Source of the DNA: a virus
Taxonomy: Duplodnaviria > Caudoviricetes
Length of the DNA stretch: 59,347 nucleotides
Reading direction: 5' to 3' (one strand)
IMG/VR virus record: IMGVR_UViG_3300044646_000633
Location: 1-59,347 of that record
Below the pieces are notes generated by a model, which ran no database searches, had not been told where the DNA came from, and saw nothing but the letters and a program-made list of their open reading frames with translations. The stretch's first letter is position 1; each line of letters starts with the position of its first letter. This document shows positions 9,247 through 18,892 of the stretch, piece after piece. The position numbers and the translations under genes are program-made.

Positions 9247-10941
9247 TCAGACTTGCCGAAGTTCCTCGACAGAACTGGCAATGGACACCGACTGCACGGC
9301 GCCAGAGGTCTCGACTTCGATCTGCCAGTCTGCAGCCGCGAACCCGGACGCCAGCGGCATGCTGTTGGCATCCGGCACGTTCACGGTGTAGCGGAAGGTC
9401 GTGGTGGTTGGCGCGGAGAAGACCGACGGCTTGCGCGCAACGAGCTTGGTGACGGTCGCCGCCGGCAGGTTGAGCGCGTCGATGCGCACCGTGACAGGGT
9501 AGGTGTCGGCCTGAACCTCCAGGGCCCCGAAGTTCACGGGCCTGGTGTCTCGATACTGCTTGGAGCGAAAGCGCGCGGTGAAGGCCGAAGCCCCAGCGTC
9601 CCAGCGACGCACGTTGCCGCCGTCCAGGACGTACATCTGGTCCTGCAGCTCGTCGAAGTGCATCGCGGTGTAGCCCGCGTCCAAGAAGTAGATTCCGGCC
9701 CCCCGATCCGCCGGGTTCAGCATGAAGCCCTTGCGACCGCCGCCGTCGTCGTAGCTGCCGAAGTACAGGCCTTCGTACATGCACCCGATGATCGAGGAGG
9801 GCACCAGCGCCTGCCAGTCCTCGCGCGTCATCAGGCCGGCCGTCAGGATGCGCGCGCCGCCTGCGCCGTACCAGCACAGCCCGTCATTGCTTGCCCAGGC
9901 CACGCCTGTGCCCATGCTGACGACGGATCGCGGTGCCACGCAGCCCTGCGGAATCTCCAGGGGCGCCTGGTCCATGGCCTCCGGCGTGGAGCCCTGAGCC
10001 AGCACGGGCCTGTTGGTGGTCAACACCAGCAGGCTTTGCCCGAACACACCAAGGGCAACCGGGGTGGAGTCTGGCGGGACGATGTCGTACCTGGTCGGCC
10101 AGGCGTAGGGCGTGTAGGGCTCGCAGAACTTCACCGCGCGGCCACTGATGCCGGCCAGCATCCCGTTCCACAGTGACGTCAGGTTGGTCATGCCGGCCGG
10201 TGGCATTGCCCAGGTAGCGGTTGGCAGCACTTCGCCCAGCGCCCGGTTGTCGTCGGTGGTGCTGGCGGTGCCGATTGCTATCTCGCGCAGGAAAAGGAAC
10301 TCTGTTGACCCGCTGGAGCCGGTCTCGGTGCGGTAGATGCGGATCAGGGTGACGTTGTAGTTTCCAGCTGGAACCGAGGCAAACGAGCCTATGGTCGCCT
10401 GCGCGTCGAGTTTTCGGGTGTTCTCTGCGCTGACTGGGCTCGGCGCAGACTCCCAGCCCCACGAGGTCACGTAGGTGTAGACGTAGAAAACGGTCTGGTT
10501 CTCGGTGGAAGTGCCGCCCGCAGAGGTCGTGATGGAGGGCGCTGACGTTGGCGCCGGCACGCCCAGCGGGCGCCAGTTCGCGCCCGGGTTGTCCTGGGGG
10601 TCTGTGCCGTCCAGGGCCGTGTTGTCGGTGACTTTGGGCACCCCGTCGCCCGTGAAGTAGGTGCGCTCCGTGGTGTCGGACGTGTCGTAACCACGGACCG
10701 CGTGCACCACGCCGGTCCAACTGAGCCAGTATTGGGCGTGGCTCGCCACGTCGCGCCCAAGGCGGTAGATCGTCTGTCGTCCAGATGGCACCGTGGCCAC
10801 CGTCAGCGGCTGCTTCCAGGGGCGCAAGTCGCCTCGCCCGGGCTTCTGGTTGCGGCTGATGGTGCCGACCTGCTCGGGCAGCAACGTCGGATGACTTGCC
10901 CGCGCCTCTCCGGCAAAGCCTCGAAGGCGGATCAACGACAT
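9247..10941 (-). CDS. Tail tubular / packaged-DNA stabilisation protein
   Basis: 564 aa beta-rich ORF in the tail block; function inferred from size and position. Confidence 0.6.
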   Translation of the reverse strand: MSLIRLRGFAGEARASHPTLLPEQVGTISRNQKPGRGDLRPWKQPLTVATVPSGRQTIYRLGRDVASHAQYWLSWTGVVHAVRGYDTSDTTERTYFTGDGVPKVTDNTALDGTDPQDNPGANWRPLGVPAPTSAPSITTSAGGTSTENQTVFYVYTYVTSWGWESAPSPVSAENTRKLDAQATIGSFASVPAGNYNVTLIRIYRTETGSSGSTEFLFLREIAIGTASTTDDNRALGEVLPTATWAMPPAGMTNLTSLWNGMLAGISGRAVKFCEPYTPYAWPTRYDIVPPDSTPVALGVFGQSLLVLTTNRPVLAQGSTPEAMDQAPLEIPQGCVAPRSVVSMGTGVAWASNDGLCWYGAGGARILTAGLMTREDWQALVPSSIIGCMYEGLYFGSYDDGGGRKGFMLNPADRGAGIYFLDAGYTAMHFDELQDQMYVLDGGNVRRWDAGASAFTARFRSKQYRDTRPVNFGALEVQADTYPVTVRIDALNLPAATVTKLVARKPSVFSAPTTTTFRYTVNVPDANSMPLASGFAAADWQIEVETSGAVQSVSIASSVEELRQV

Positions 10942-10942
10942 A

Positions 10943-11293
10943 TCAGCGGTCGCCCCTGAAGTGCATATAAGCCCCCGCGGTTAGGGCACCCAGGAAGGCC
11001 ATGGTCACGGCCTGCGTGATGGTCTTCCATGCCGTCCTCTTGGCGCCCCGCCAGGCGTCCAGCAGTCCGCGAAGCTCAAGCACGTCATGAATCGCATCGG
11101 CGTCGTGAAGACCGATTGACTCCAGGGCCTCTCTGGCGCCCTTCCTGGCGGCCTGCTCGACCATGTCTTGCAGATATCGCTCGTCCACCGTCAAGGTTCT
11201 GGCTGGCTGCGTAGATCCATCGGTGCGAGAAAACGCGGGCCCCTCAGATAGGCTCTGCAGTCTTGGGTAGTCCATGGGTTGCTGCTCCTTCAA
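10943..11293 (-). CDS. Small membrane protein (DUF6127-like, possible holin)
   Basis: GAREAL..IGLHD..A..DV.ELRGLLDAW motif and C-terminal TM segment. Confidence 0.6.
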   Translation of the reverse strand: MKEQQPMDYPRLQSLSEGPAFSRTDGSTQPARTLTVDERYLQDMVEQAARKGAREALESIGLHDADAIHDVLELRGLLDAWRGAKRTAWKTITQAVTMAFLGALTAGAYMHFRGDR

Positions 11294-11356
11294 TCACCAA
11301 AACTCGAAGCTACTGAGAGTGGCTCTGCAACTACGATTGGCCGATGTTATCCGCGA

Positions 11357-11902
11357 TCAAACGGCCGGCCACACAAGCGCGGGAAGTTCCGCCTCGATGT
11401 CGGCGTAGCCCGATGGCATGGGCCGCGTCTTTGCCACCACCTGGTCCATGATGTCGAACAGAACCGCCCATGTCTGAGCCCGGATGTCGCGGGCGTAGAC
11501 GCCCTCGATGCTGAACCTGGGCACCGAGCATCCAGCATAGCCGGTGGCGGACTTGATGTCGTCGTAACCCCGGGCCTGGGCAAAGGCATCCAGGCGGGCC
11601 TGCGTGGCCTGCGTGATGCTGTCCTTGATCTGCTGTGCCTTTGCCGCCTGATTCAAGGCCGCCGTCTCGGCGGGAAACGCGTACACCTGCCACTGCTGCT
11701 CCCAGTGGCCCTTGTCGGTCAGCGCGGGGGCGATCTCGCAAACTCCCTGGGTCACGGGATCGTAGGGCGGCTGCGGCGCAGGGAACACCCAGGAGTAGCC
11801 CGCGGGTGGCGTGAAGGGCACCGGGAAGCTGATGTTGGGATGGGCGGCCCTGATCTCGCTTTGGCTGACGGGGTACTGGTTGGTGGTCGTGTTGATGTAC
11901 AT
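11357..11902 (-). CDS. Tail-associated / fibre assembly protein
   Basis: GGAGG SD; follows fibre-like gene; RLDAFAQARGYD...LPALVWP motif. Confidence 0.65.
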   Translation of the reverse strand: MYINTTTNQYPVSQSEIRAAHPNISFPVPFTPPAGYSWVFPAPQPPYDPVTQGVCEIAPALTDKGHWEQQWQVYAFPAETAALNQAAKAQQIKDSITQATQARLDAFAQARGYDDIKSATGYAGCSVPRFSIEGVYARDIRAQTWAVLFDIMDQVVAKTRPMPSGYADIEAELPALVWPAV

Positions 11903-11910
11903 GGAGGTCC

Positions 11911-13887
11911 TTACGCGATGGCCAGGAAGATGTAAGTGGCGCCGCTGACGTTCACATTGGTGGCGGCCACCTGATTGACGATGAACCCTGAGTTGTCGGG
12001 GTCGATGCTGTCGTTGGAGGTGACCTCGGCGGCCGTTGTGTTCAGGCTTAGATGGGGATCATTGGCCGCCACAATGCCGCGTGCCGTGTCCCACACGTAC
12101 CAGTCGCCTGCGCTGTCCGTGCGCTTGATGAGCACGAACCGCGCCCCGCTAGTGAACCCGCAGTTGATCGTCTGGCTGCTGCCGTTGCCGGTGTAGCTTC
12201 CAACCTTGCTTACGCCGGGGCGGGAGGCGAAGAGGTAGGCGACCTGTGTCTGACCACTTGAATTGAGCGTGCCCCCCGGCTTAACAGAAAACTGAGTCGC
12301 GGTGGGAGTCGCCAACCACCTACCTGTTTCCGTGTAGAAGCCAAGATCGCCTCGGTTTAGATCGGCGGTTTTGTTGATGCCCTCAGAAGCAGCGTAAACA
12401 CCCCAAGGCGAACTAGCATTTCGCGCTTTAATAATCATCAACTCTGGCGTCACGCCTAAGTTGTGGTTGAGCGTCAGATTAGAACCTGTCCCCGTATAGC
12501 ACACCACATCAAAAAAGCCCGGGGCGCGGCGGAAGAAGTAGTTGATCCAGTTGCCGTATAAGGCGCTGTTCCAACCGCCACCGCGAGTGATGTTTTGGCT
12601 GTCGGCCTTGAGTTGAACATACGCCGATGTTCCAAATTCTGCCCCGGTTCCGGTTGACGTTAACCCCAATCCAGATGCGGTATATGTATTGCTCGGAACA
12701 CCAATGCCGCGCAACCTGTCTACAAAATTGAAAGCGGTGCTTAAAGCCACTGTATTAGTGCCGTTTCTGCTAAACGTATTCACCAAATCCGGAGGGAATG
12801 GCACACCTGTGGAGTCAATCGTATCCGCTTGCGCAATAGCTTGAGCGTAGTACACACTCGTCCCCGAGGTCGGAGTCCTCATCGGGCCGCGACGGATGGC
12901 GATGTAGATGTAGGTAGCGGAATTGCTGGCGGACATCGTAAAACCTGTCGCCGTAGGGTGGCCTCGCGCTAGACCTGTAGTTTCCGCATCTGACAGGTTT
13001 GCTAGTAGCTGAACATCGCCAGCAGCGCCTATTGACCCGCTATCAACCCAGCCACGCATCGTGTCATGCATAAACCAATTGGCGGCGGAGTCAGTTCTTT
13101 TGTACAAAATCCACTGCGGCTCATACCCCAGCGTCACCGTAGCGTTGCCGGAGCCATCAGTCGTGAACGACCCACAGCTAATCACATTGTCCGTACCAGA
13201 AGCCCCAAAGCCCCCTGCATCGTGGGCGAAGAGGTAGGCGACGTAGGTGCCGCCAGAGGCGTTGACCGTAGTGTCAGTACCGAGGCTGAATTCAGTGCTG
13301 GTGGGCGTTGTGCTGTTCCAGCGCGTGGTGCCCGTAGCCTTTGCTGCCGAGCTGTTCAGCACCATGTATTCGGTGTTGGCGTTGCTGCGGTGGTAAACCT
13401 GCCAGTCAGCACTATCGTTTGTGCGCTTGACGATGATGCACCCCGGCACTGAGCCAAGACTGTGGGCAATGGTGCGGTTGCTGCCATTCCCCGTATACGT
13501 CACCACATCAAAGAACTTGGGAGCCTTGCGGAAGGTCCAGGAGGCGTAGTCGGACGAGCCATTTAAAAAAACGCTGTCACCAATCACAAAGCCGTTAGCA
13601 TTGAACGACGTCAACGTTGTCGATTCGGTAGTTTGTCCACTAGACGACTGGCTGTCCAAACACAATGTTGCACCTCGCGCTGTGTCTATCAATTTGTGCG
13701 CGCTGGTGGAGAGGCGATTTTTGAACCAAACCAACCCGCCCTTACCCGACAGGTCAATCCCGTTGGTGATGGTCCGTGTAGCGTTGTTGCCGGTGTAGAG
13801 CCACGTCGAAAAGACGTCCTCGACGAAGACGGCCGCTGCGGCAGATGAGGCGCTGCCGGCCGCCATGATGATGTTCTTGGCGCTCAC
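11911..13887 (-). CDS. Virion receptor-binding-like protein with internal YTGNG repeats
   Basis: GTG start overlapping the upstream stop; repeated FDVV.YTG.G / IIKRT...W.V units. Confidence 0.75.
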   Translation of the reverse strand: MSAKNIIMAAGSASSAAAAVFVEDVFSTWLYTGNNATRTITNGIDLSGKGGLVWFKNRLSTSAHKLIDTARGATLCLDSQSSSGQTTESTTLTSFNANGFVIGDSVFLNGSSDYASWTFRKAPKFFDVVTYTGNGSNRTIAHSLGSVPGCIIVKRTNDSADWQVYHRSNANTEYMVLNSSAAKATGTTRWNSTTPTSTEFSLGTDTTVNASGGTYVAYLFAHDAGGFGASGTDNVISCGSFTTDGSGNATVTLGYEPQWILYKRTDSAANWFMHDTMRGWVDSGSIGAAGDVQLLANLSDAETTGLARGHPTATGFTMSASNSATYIYIAIRRGPMRTPTSGTSVYYAQAIAQADTIDSTGVPFPPDLVNTFSRNGTNTVALSTAFNFVDRLRGIGVPSNTYTASGLGLTSTGTGAEFGTSAYVQLKADSQNITRGGGWNSALYGNWINYFFRRAPGFFDVVCYTGTGSNLTLNHNLGVTPELMIIKARNASSPWGVYAASEGINKTADLNRGDLGFYTETGRWLATPTATQFSVKPGGTLNSSGQTQVAYLFASRPGVSKVGSYTGNGSSQTINCGFTSGARFVLIKRTDSAGDWYVWDTARGIVAANDPHLSLNTTAAEVTSNDSIDPDNSGFIVNQVAATNVNVSGATYIFLAIA

Positions 13888-16421
13888 TTGACGTCCCGCC
13901 CCAAGAGAAGGCCCGTCCAGTTGGTGCCGCCGTCGTGGGTGTAGAACCCCAGAACGTCGCGCCCAGCCGCCGTCAGCGTTGGCGCTGTGCCACCTGCCCA
14001 TCGCATGCCGGACCACCAAGTGATCGCCGCGCTGCCGCCGTTGGTGAGATCGAGGATGAAGCTCGCTGCCGTACCGGACGCGGGGACGTTGCTGACTGTC
14101 AGGGTCGTGGCGCCGCTGATGGTCCGCGTGAACCAGTTGCCGCTGTTGACGCCGATGTCACTGGCGGCCACGGCTACGCGAGCCTCGCGCAGGCCGCCTG
14201 TGAGCGCGCCTCCGGCCAGCGGAAGCCTGGCGTTGAGTTGCCCCTGGGCCTTGCCGAATGCCGCCAGGATCGTGTCGGCTGCGGCCAGCGCGGTGTTGGC
14301 CCCGACGGCGTACCCGGTCAGGGCCTTGCCGGTCACGGCCGTAGCGCCGACCGTGACTGTGATTGCCGTGGTTCCGGTTCCGGTCGCGTCGCCAGACAGC
14401 GTGATCGATTCGTTTCCCGTGATGTAGGTGGCGGGCTCCAGGCTCCAGGTGTCAGCCGCCGTCTTGCGCAGCAGCCCGGTCGTGCCGGTCAATGCAGCGA
14501 TGGCGGTGAGGTCGGCATCGACGGGCTGGTACGCCGTGCTTGCGGTGTATGCCGCGCTGCCCAGGCTGCCGCCTGCGCCGATGTTGAGCGTTGACCCGTC
14601 CGTGCCGGAGAACGTGATGCTGTTCTGCACGATCAGGGTCTTGGAGGACGTGCCCCCGGCCGCCTGGAACCCGGTGGCGTTCGCCGTCAACGTCAGCCCG
14701 TTGTAGGTCTTGCCGGTCAGGGCTGACGGAACGTCGGCGTTGGCGATGGCATTCCATGCGGGGGAAGCCGACACCGACCCCGTCCCCGTCTGCGTGAGGA
14801 ATCGTCTGGAGGCCAAGGTGTTGCCTGCCAGTCGATCTGCGGTGTTGGCCCCGCTGCCAAAGACGATGTCTCCCAGCGTCGTAATGGGCGTGAGGGCGTT
14901 GTAGGCAGCAGCCTTTGTGGTGTTGCCGGTCCCGCCGTTGGCTATGGCCAGGGTGCCCGCGACTGACACCACGCCGCCCGTGGCGATGTTGGGCGTCAGT
15001 CCCGTGGACCCGAAGCTGATGGAAGAGACTCCGGCCGCCGCGCTGGGCGGGGCGCTCGACCAGGTGGTGCCGTTGCTTACCAGCACGTTGCCTGACGCGC
15101 CCGGGGCGACCGTCTGCAGGGCTGCCGTGCCGTTTCCCAGCAGGACGCTGTTGGCCGCAAGCGTTGCCGACCCTGTCCCGCCGTTGGCCACGACCAGCGT
15201 GCCGCCCACTGAGACCGCGCCACTGGTGGCCGTGCTTGGGGTCAGCCCTGTTGCCCCGAAGCTGATCGTCGAGACGCCCGCCGCTCCGGGCGGAGAGCTC
15301 GACCAAGTGGTCCCGTTGCTGGTCAACACGTTGCCGCTGGCGCCGGGAGCCACAGCCTGGAAGGCCGCAGCGCCGTTGCCAAGCAGGACGGTGTTCGCCG
15401 TGAAGGTGGTAGCCCCCGTCCCGCCGTTGGCCACAGCCACGGTGCCGGTGACGTTTGCCGCGGTGCCTGTCGTGTTCTGGTTGAGCGTTGGCACGTCTGT
15501 GGCCTGAATGGCTGACATGACGACGTTCGTGCCGTTGCCCCGCAAGAACTGGCCGCTCGTTACCGCCCCGGCCAGAGCGTTGATGGCCCCCTGCTGCGTG
15601 GTCACGCCCGTCCCGCCATTGGCGACGGCCAGGGTGCCCGTGACGCCCGTGGACAGCGGGAGTCCGGTCGCGTTGGTCAGGGTGACAGAGGTCGGCGTAC
15701 CGAGTACGGGCGTCACAAGCGTCGGGCTCGTGGACAGCACGTTGTTGCCCGAGCCGGTGGACGTGGTCACGCCCGTCCCGCCATTGGCGACGGCAAGGGT
15801 GCCGCCCACGGAAACCGCACCGCTGGTGGCCGTGTTCGGAGTCAGCCCTGTCGAGCCGAAGCTGATGGTCGAGACCCTGGCCGCAGGCGCGGAGCTCGTC
15901 CAGTTGGTGCCGTTGCTGGTCAGAAGGTTGCCGGACGTCCCGGGTGGCACGGTCGTTGTCGCGCTGGCAGCCGCGGAGGCTGCGCTGGCTGCGGCCTCGG
16001 CGGCCTTGGTGACGGCGATGTCCTTGGCCGCCACGGCGGCGACCTGTGCGGCCGTTGTGGTGGACACAACGGAGTCGAGATATAGCTGCCCGTCGCTCTT
16101 GCCCTCGTATGCCGGCAGGTTGGCGATCAGGTGCAGCGACGCGCTCGCTACGTTCGGCACGGTGGCCGTGGTCTTCAGCGTCTTGCCGTTGGGCGCAACG
16201 ATGCGGATCGTGTAGACGGATGCCGTGGACCCAAGCTGGTTGGGCCACAGGTTCAGGACTGCCGTGCCGCTGGCGTTTGTGGTGACCTCGGTCAGCGTTG
16301 GAACGACGTAGCCTTCGTATATCTCGAAGCGATCGAGCCGCGCCGTGATGACGGCACCGGCAACCGGGTCTCCCGAGTCGTCACTGACGGAACACGAGAC
16401 GGCGCAAGTCGGAAGTGGCAT
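13884..16421 (-). CDS. Tail fibre protein
   Basis: 845 aa G/T/A-rich; repeated VANGGTG and TISFGSTGLTP modules. Confidence 0.85.
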   Translation of the reverse strand: MPLPTCAVSCSVSDDSGDPVAGAVITARLDRFEIYEGYVVPTLTEVTTNASGTAVLNLWPNQLGSTASVYTIRIVAPNGKTLKTTATVPNVASASLHLIANLPAYEGKSDGQLYLDSVVSTTTAAQVAAVAAKDIAVTKAAEAAASAASAAASATTTVPPGTSGNLLTSNGTNWTSSAPAARVSTISFGSTGLTPNTATSGAVSVGGTLAVANGGTGVTTSTGSGNNVLSTSPTLVTPVLGTPTSVTLTNATGLPLSTGVTGTLAVANGGTGVTTQQGAINALAGAVTSGQFLRGNGTNVVMSAIQATDVPTLNQNTTGTAANVTGTVAVANGGTGATTFTANTVLLGNGAAAFQAVAPGASGNVLTSNGTTWSSSPPGAAGVSTISFGATGLTPSTATSGAVSVGGTLVVANGGTGSATLAANSVLLGNGTAALQTVAPGASGNVLVSNGTTWSSAPPSAAAGVSSISFGSTGLTPNIATGGVVSVAGTLAIANGGTGNTTKAAAYNALTPITTLGDIVFGSGANTADRLAGNTLASRRFLTQTGTGSVSASPAWNAIANADVPSALTGKTYNGLTLTANATGFQAAGGTSSKTLIVQNSITFSGTDGSTLNIGAGGSLGSAAYTASTAYQPVDADLTAIAALTGTTGLLRKTAADTWSLEPATYITGNESITLSGDATGTGTTAITVTVGATAVTGKALTGYAVGANTALAAADTILAAFGKAQGQLNARLPLAGGALTGGLREARVAVAASDIGVNSGNWFTRTISGATTLTVSNVPASGTAASFILDLTNGGSAAITWWSGMRWAGGTAPTLTAAGRDVLGFYTHDGGTNWTGLLLGRDVK

Positions 16422-16503
16422 GTTGGGTCATCCTTGGTTGTCGGGCCATGTCATGGGCTCCGATCACTTCATAAGGCATTGAGGCTGATGTCGGGCTGCG
16501 CCG

Positions 16504-17217
16504 TCAGCCTCCAGCATTGGCCAGCGCCGCAGAAGCGCCTGCTGCGTTCGGGTTGCCCGCTGAATTGGGGGCCACGGCGATGGTGGTCTTCAGTTCAATC
16601 CCGAGCGAGTTGGCAAAGGCGCCGTAGTGGGCCTGGGCCCTGGCGGCGTTGCCGGCGAACTGACTGTCCTTCGTGTAGGCGCGGTACAAGACATAGTCCT
16701 GCAGAGCGTTGCCGTAGATATCGGGCGAACTGATGTTCCCGGTCACGGCCGTGAAGTCCGTGCCCTCTGCCGGCTCCGAGATATCGACGGGCAATGCCGA
16801 GTAGACCAGGTCAACAGATGCCCCGGACGCAGCGGCCGGTGGGTACACGTAGAAGACCCGCGGATCACGCGGATCGAACATGTAGTGCTTGATGTTCGTG
16901 GACCCGGTTATGTTGTGCCACCCGGGACTCTGAGAGTCCAAGATCTCTCTGGAAGCTAGGCGGATGGCTCCGCGAGTGCCGGCCGTGTTGCGCACGACGT
17001 CAATCAACTTGGTTCCGTTGGTCGGGATGGACTGCCGACTTCCGGCCACAAGTGCCTGCGCAGCGTTCGTCACCATCGCGTCTGGACGATGCACGATGAT
17101 CTCTCGCTGGCCATCGTTCAGGTAGCGGACCAGTTCGGCGACGGGCCAGCGAATGGACGTTGTGTCCTGCAGCGTCTCGACGCAGCGGCGGATGATGGAT
17201 TGAGCGGTGATGGGCAT
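16504..17217 (-). CDS. Head-tail adaptor-like protein (DUF6682-like)
   Basis: RWPVAELVRYLNDGQREI motif; position after capsid genes. Confidence 0.7.
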   Translation of the reverse strand: MPITAQSIIRRCVETLQDTTSIRWPVAELVRYLNDGQREIIVHRPDAMVTNAAQALVAGSRQSIPTNGTKLIDVVRNTAGTRGAIRLASREILDSQSPGWHNITGSTNIKHYMFDPRDPRVFYVYPPAAASGASVDLVYSALPVDISEPAEGTDFTAVTGNISSPDIYGNALQDYVLYRAYTKDSQFAGNAARAQAHYGAFANSLGIELKTTIAVAPNSAGNPNAAGASAALANAGG

Positions 17218-17250
17218 GGTTGCTTCGTCCTTGTTTGCTGCGCAGCGAGA

Positions 17251-17865
17251 TCAGCACCACTTTGGATTGGCGCGAGGCACGGATGGGGCGTTGCCTCGAA
17301 AAGCCCGAATGGTGGCCTTGCCAAGGTGGCCCTGGTATTCACCAAACGCCCTGGCGGCGCCCTCCGGGTTGTGCAGCGCGCCAGGCACGCGCATCAGTCG
17401 GTATCGAGCCAAGGACGAGATGGCGTCGGCGTGCTGGGCCAGGATGGCATCTGGCAGTGTCTGCGCGGCGGGGCTCGGCATCAGCGCAGCCTGGATCTCC
17501 AAGCGCGATCCGGCCGCAAGGGAGCGAGTCAGAGTGATCGTCACCTTGTCGCCGGTGACGATGCCAAGGCTGGCGTTCTCGGATGTGGCCGGGTTCTTCT
17601 CTTGCGACAGGAACGACAGGATGCCGATTGGTGAGCCGTTGCAGGTTGCGCGGTACAAATCGACTACTGCGCTTCCGGTAGGCAGGTCAAGGTCGTACTC
17701 GCGGGTCGAGCCCGAGACGGTGATGGCATCAAGCCACTCCACCCATGCTCGGCTGTCGCGGAGGAACTCAGCCGCTGCAAGGTTGATCTCCTGGTCCAGC
17801 ATTGGATCCGGGCACCCTGGCACATACGGCAGGACGCGCGGATACAAGGTCGAGAGCAGAGCCAC
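17251..17865 (-). CDS. Virion adaptor-like protein
   Basis: VLPYVPGCPD...AAAEF motif; position. Confidence 0.6.
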   Translation of the reverse strand: MALLSTLYPRVLPYVPGCPDPMLDQEINLAAAEFLRDSRAWVEWLDAITVSGSTREYDLDLPTGSAVVDLYRATCNGSPIGILSFLSQEKNPATSENASLGIVTGDKVTITLTRSLAAGSRLEIQAALMPSPAAQTLPDAILAQHADAISSLARYRLMRVPGALHNPEGAARAFGEYQGHLGKATIRAFRGNAPSVPRANPKWC

Positions 17866-17893
17866 GAAGATTCACCTTGCAGGACCGCCGGAC

Positions 17894-18253
17894 TTAGCCG
17901 GCGTCAACAGTGGAGCCTCTTTTGGCCCGCTTGCGCGCAGGCTGCGGTGGCGTGTTGAGCTCCACGGGCAGCCCTGTTCCGGCGTCGAGTTCATCGTCTT
18001 CTTCGCCGCCTTCTGATGTGCCTTCGGCCACCGGTGCATTGAAGTCGGCCAGCTTCAACGCGGCCTCGAAGTCGGCCTCATTGGCGGGGTGGAAGTTGTG
18101 CGTACTCAAGAGCGCAGCCAAGTCCTTGTCGTCGGTGACATCGCACTCCAGTTCGCCATCTGCACTGGCTTCAAAGTCGTAGTTGCGGCCACTCGCCCCG
18201 AGAGCGATGACCGTCCCGTCGGTGCGAGGCTTGATCGATGTGACGAGTTTCAT
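17894..18253 (-). CDS. Hypothetical acidic protein
   Basis: Start MKLVTSIKPR with upstream SD-like sequence. Confidence 0.65.
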   Translation of the reverse strand: MKLVTSIKPRTDGTVIALGASGRNYDFEASADGELECDVTDDKDLAALLSTHNFHPANEADFEAALKLADFNAPVAEGTSEGGEEDDELDAGTGLPVELNTPPQPARKRAKRGSTVDAG

Positions 18254-18266
18254 TTCCAGTCTCCAG

Positions 18267-18298
18267 AAAAAAGGGGCGGGAGAAGGACATCCCGCCCC
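18267..18298 (-). terminator. Rho-independent terminator after the capsid/decoration genes
   Basis: Minus strand GGGGCGGGA-loop-TCCCGCCCC followed by TTTTTT. Confidence 0.8.
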
Positions 18299-18365
18299 AC
18301 CCCCGTGGGTCAACATTGAAGGCTTGTCGTGCCCATCAGGTCGTCAATGGGGCCTCTGCGCCAGA

Positions 18366-18854
18366 TCAGGCGGGGCGATACCACAGCGTCAGGGCAAGCT
18401 GGCCAGCAACGGCTGTTGCCGCAGCGGCCGTCAGGATGATGCCGATCTGACGGTCAACCTGGGATTGCTGCACCAGCTTCAGCGGCCGAGAGGCCAAGAT
18501 GCCGGACGCGGAGCCGCCTGCGGTGCGGCCGATGGTTTGACCCGTTGCCCAGGCGGCACCTCCGTCGGCGGCGGCCGTCGAAAGCGCGGTGACGGCGGCG
18601 TTGACCACGCCCACCGAATAGGCGAGCGTAGGCGTGGCGTTGCTGTCAAGCTGCGCAGCGTCAATCTCAAACGCCACGGGAACATGGCCGGCCGGCAGGA
18701 TGCCAACGGCGCCGCAGACTCCATTGGCGAGGTCGGCGGTGGCAAGCGACACCGGGTATCGCTGGCAGACGACGGTGGCGTCCGAGCCATGGACGGCCTG
18801 CGAGCGACCAGTAAAAAAGTCGTTCGCGTTGTTGGTTGCGGCAGAAAAAGGCAT
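18366..18854 (-). CDS. Capsid decoration/cement-like protein
   Basis: Directly after the capsid gene, AAGGAG SD, Ala-rich beta protein. Confidence 0.6.
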   Translation of the reverse strand: MPFSAATNNANDFFTGRSQAVHGSDATVVCQRYPVSLATADLANGVCGAVGILPAGHVPVAFEIDAAQLDSNATPTLAYSVGVVNAAVTALSTAAADGGAAWATGQTIGRTAGGSASGILASRPLKLVQQSQVDRQIGIILTAAAATAVAGQLALTLWYRPA

Positions 18855-18892
18855 ATCAGTCTCCTTTGTTCAGGTGTGGTGACAACGAAGGC

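Noticed and set aside
11911-16421. Diversity-generating retroelement acting on tail genes
   Set aside because: No reverse transcriptase and no template/variable repeat pair differing only at adenines was seen; repeats are protein modules
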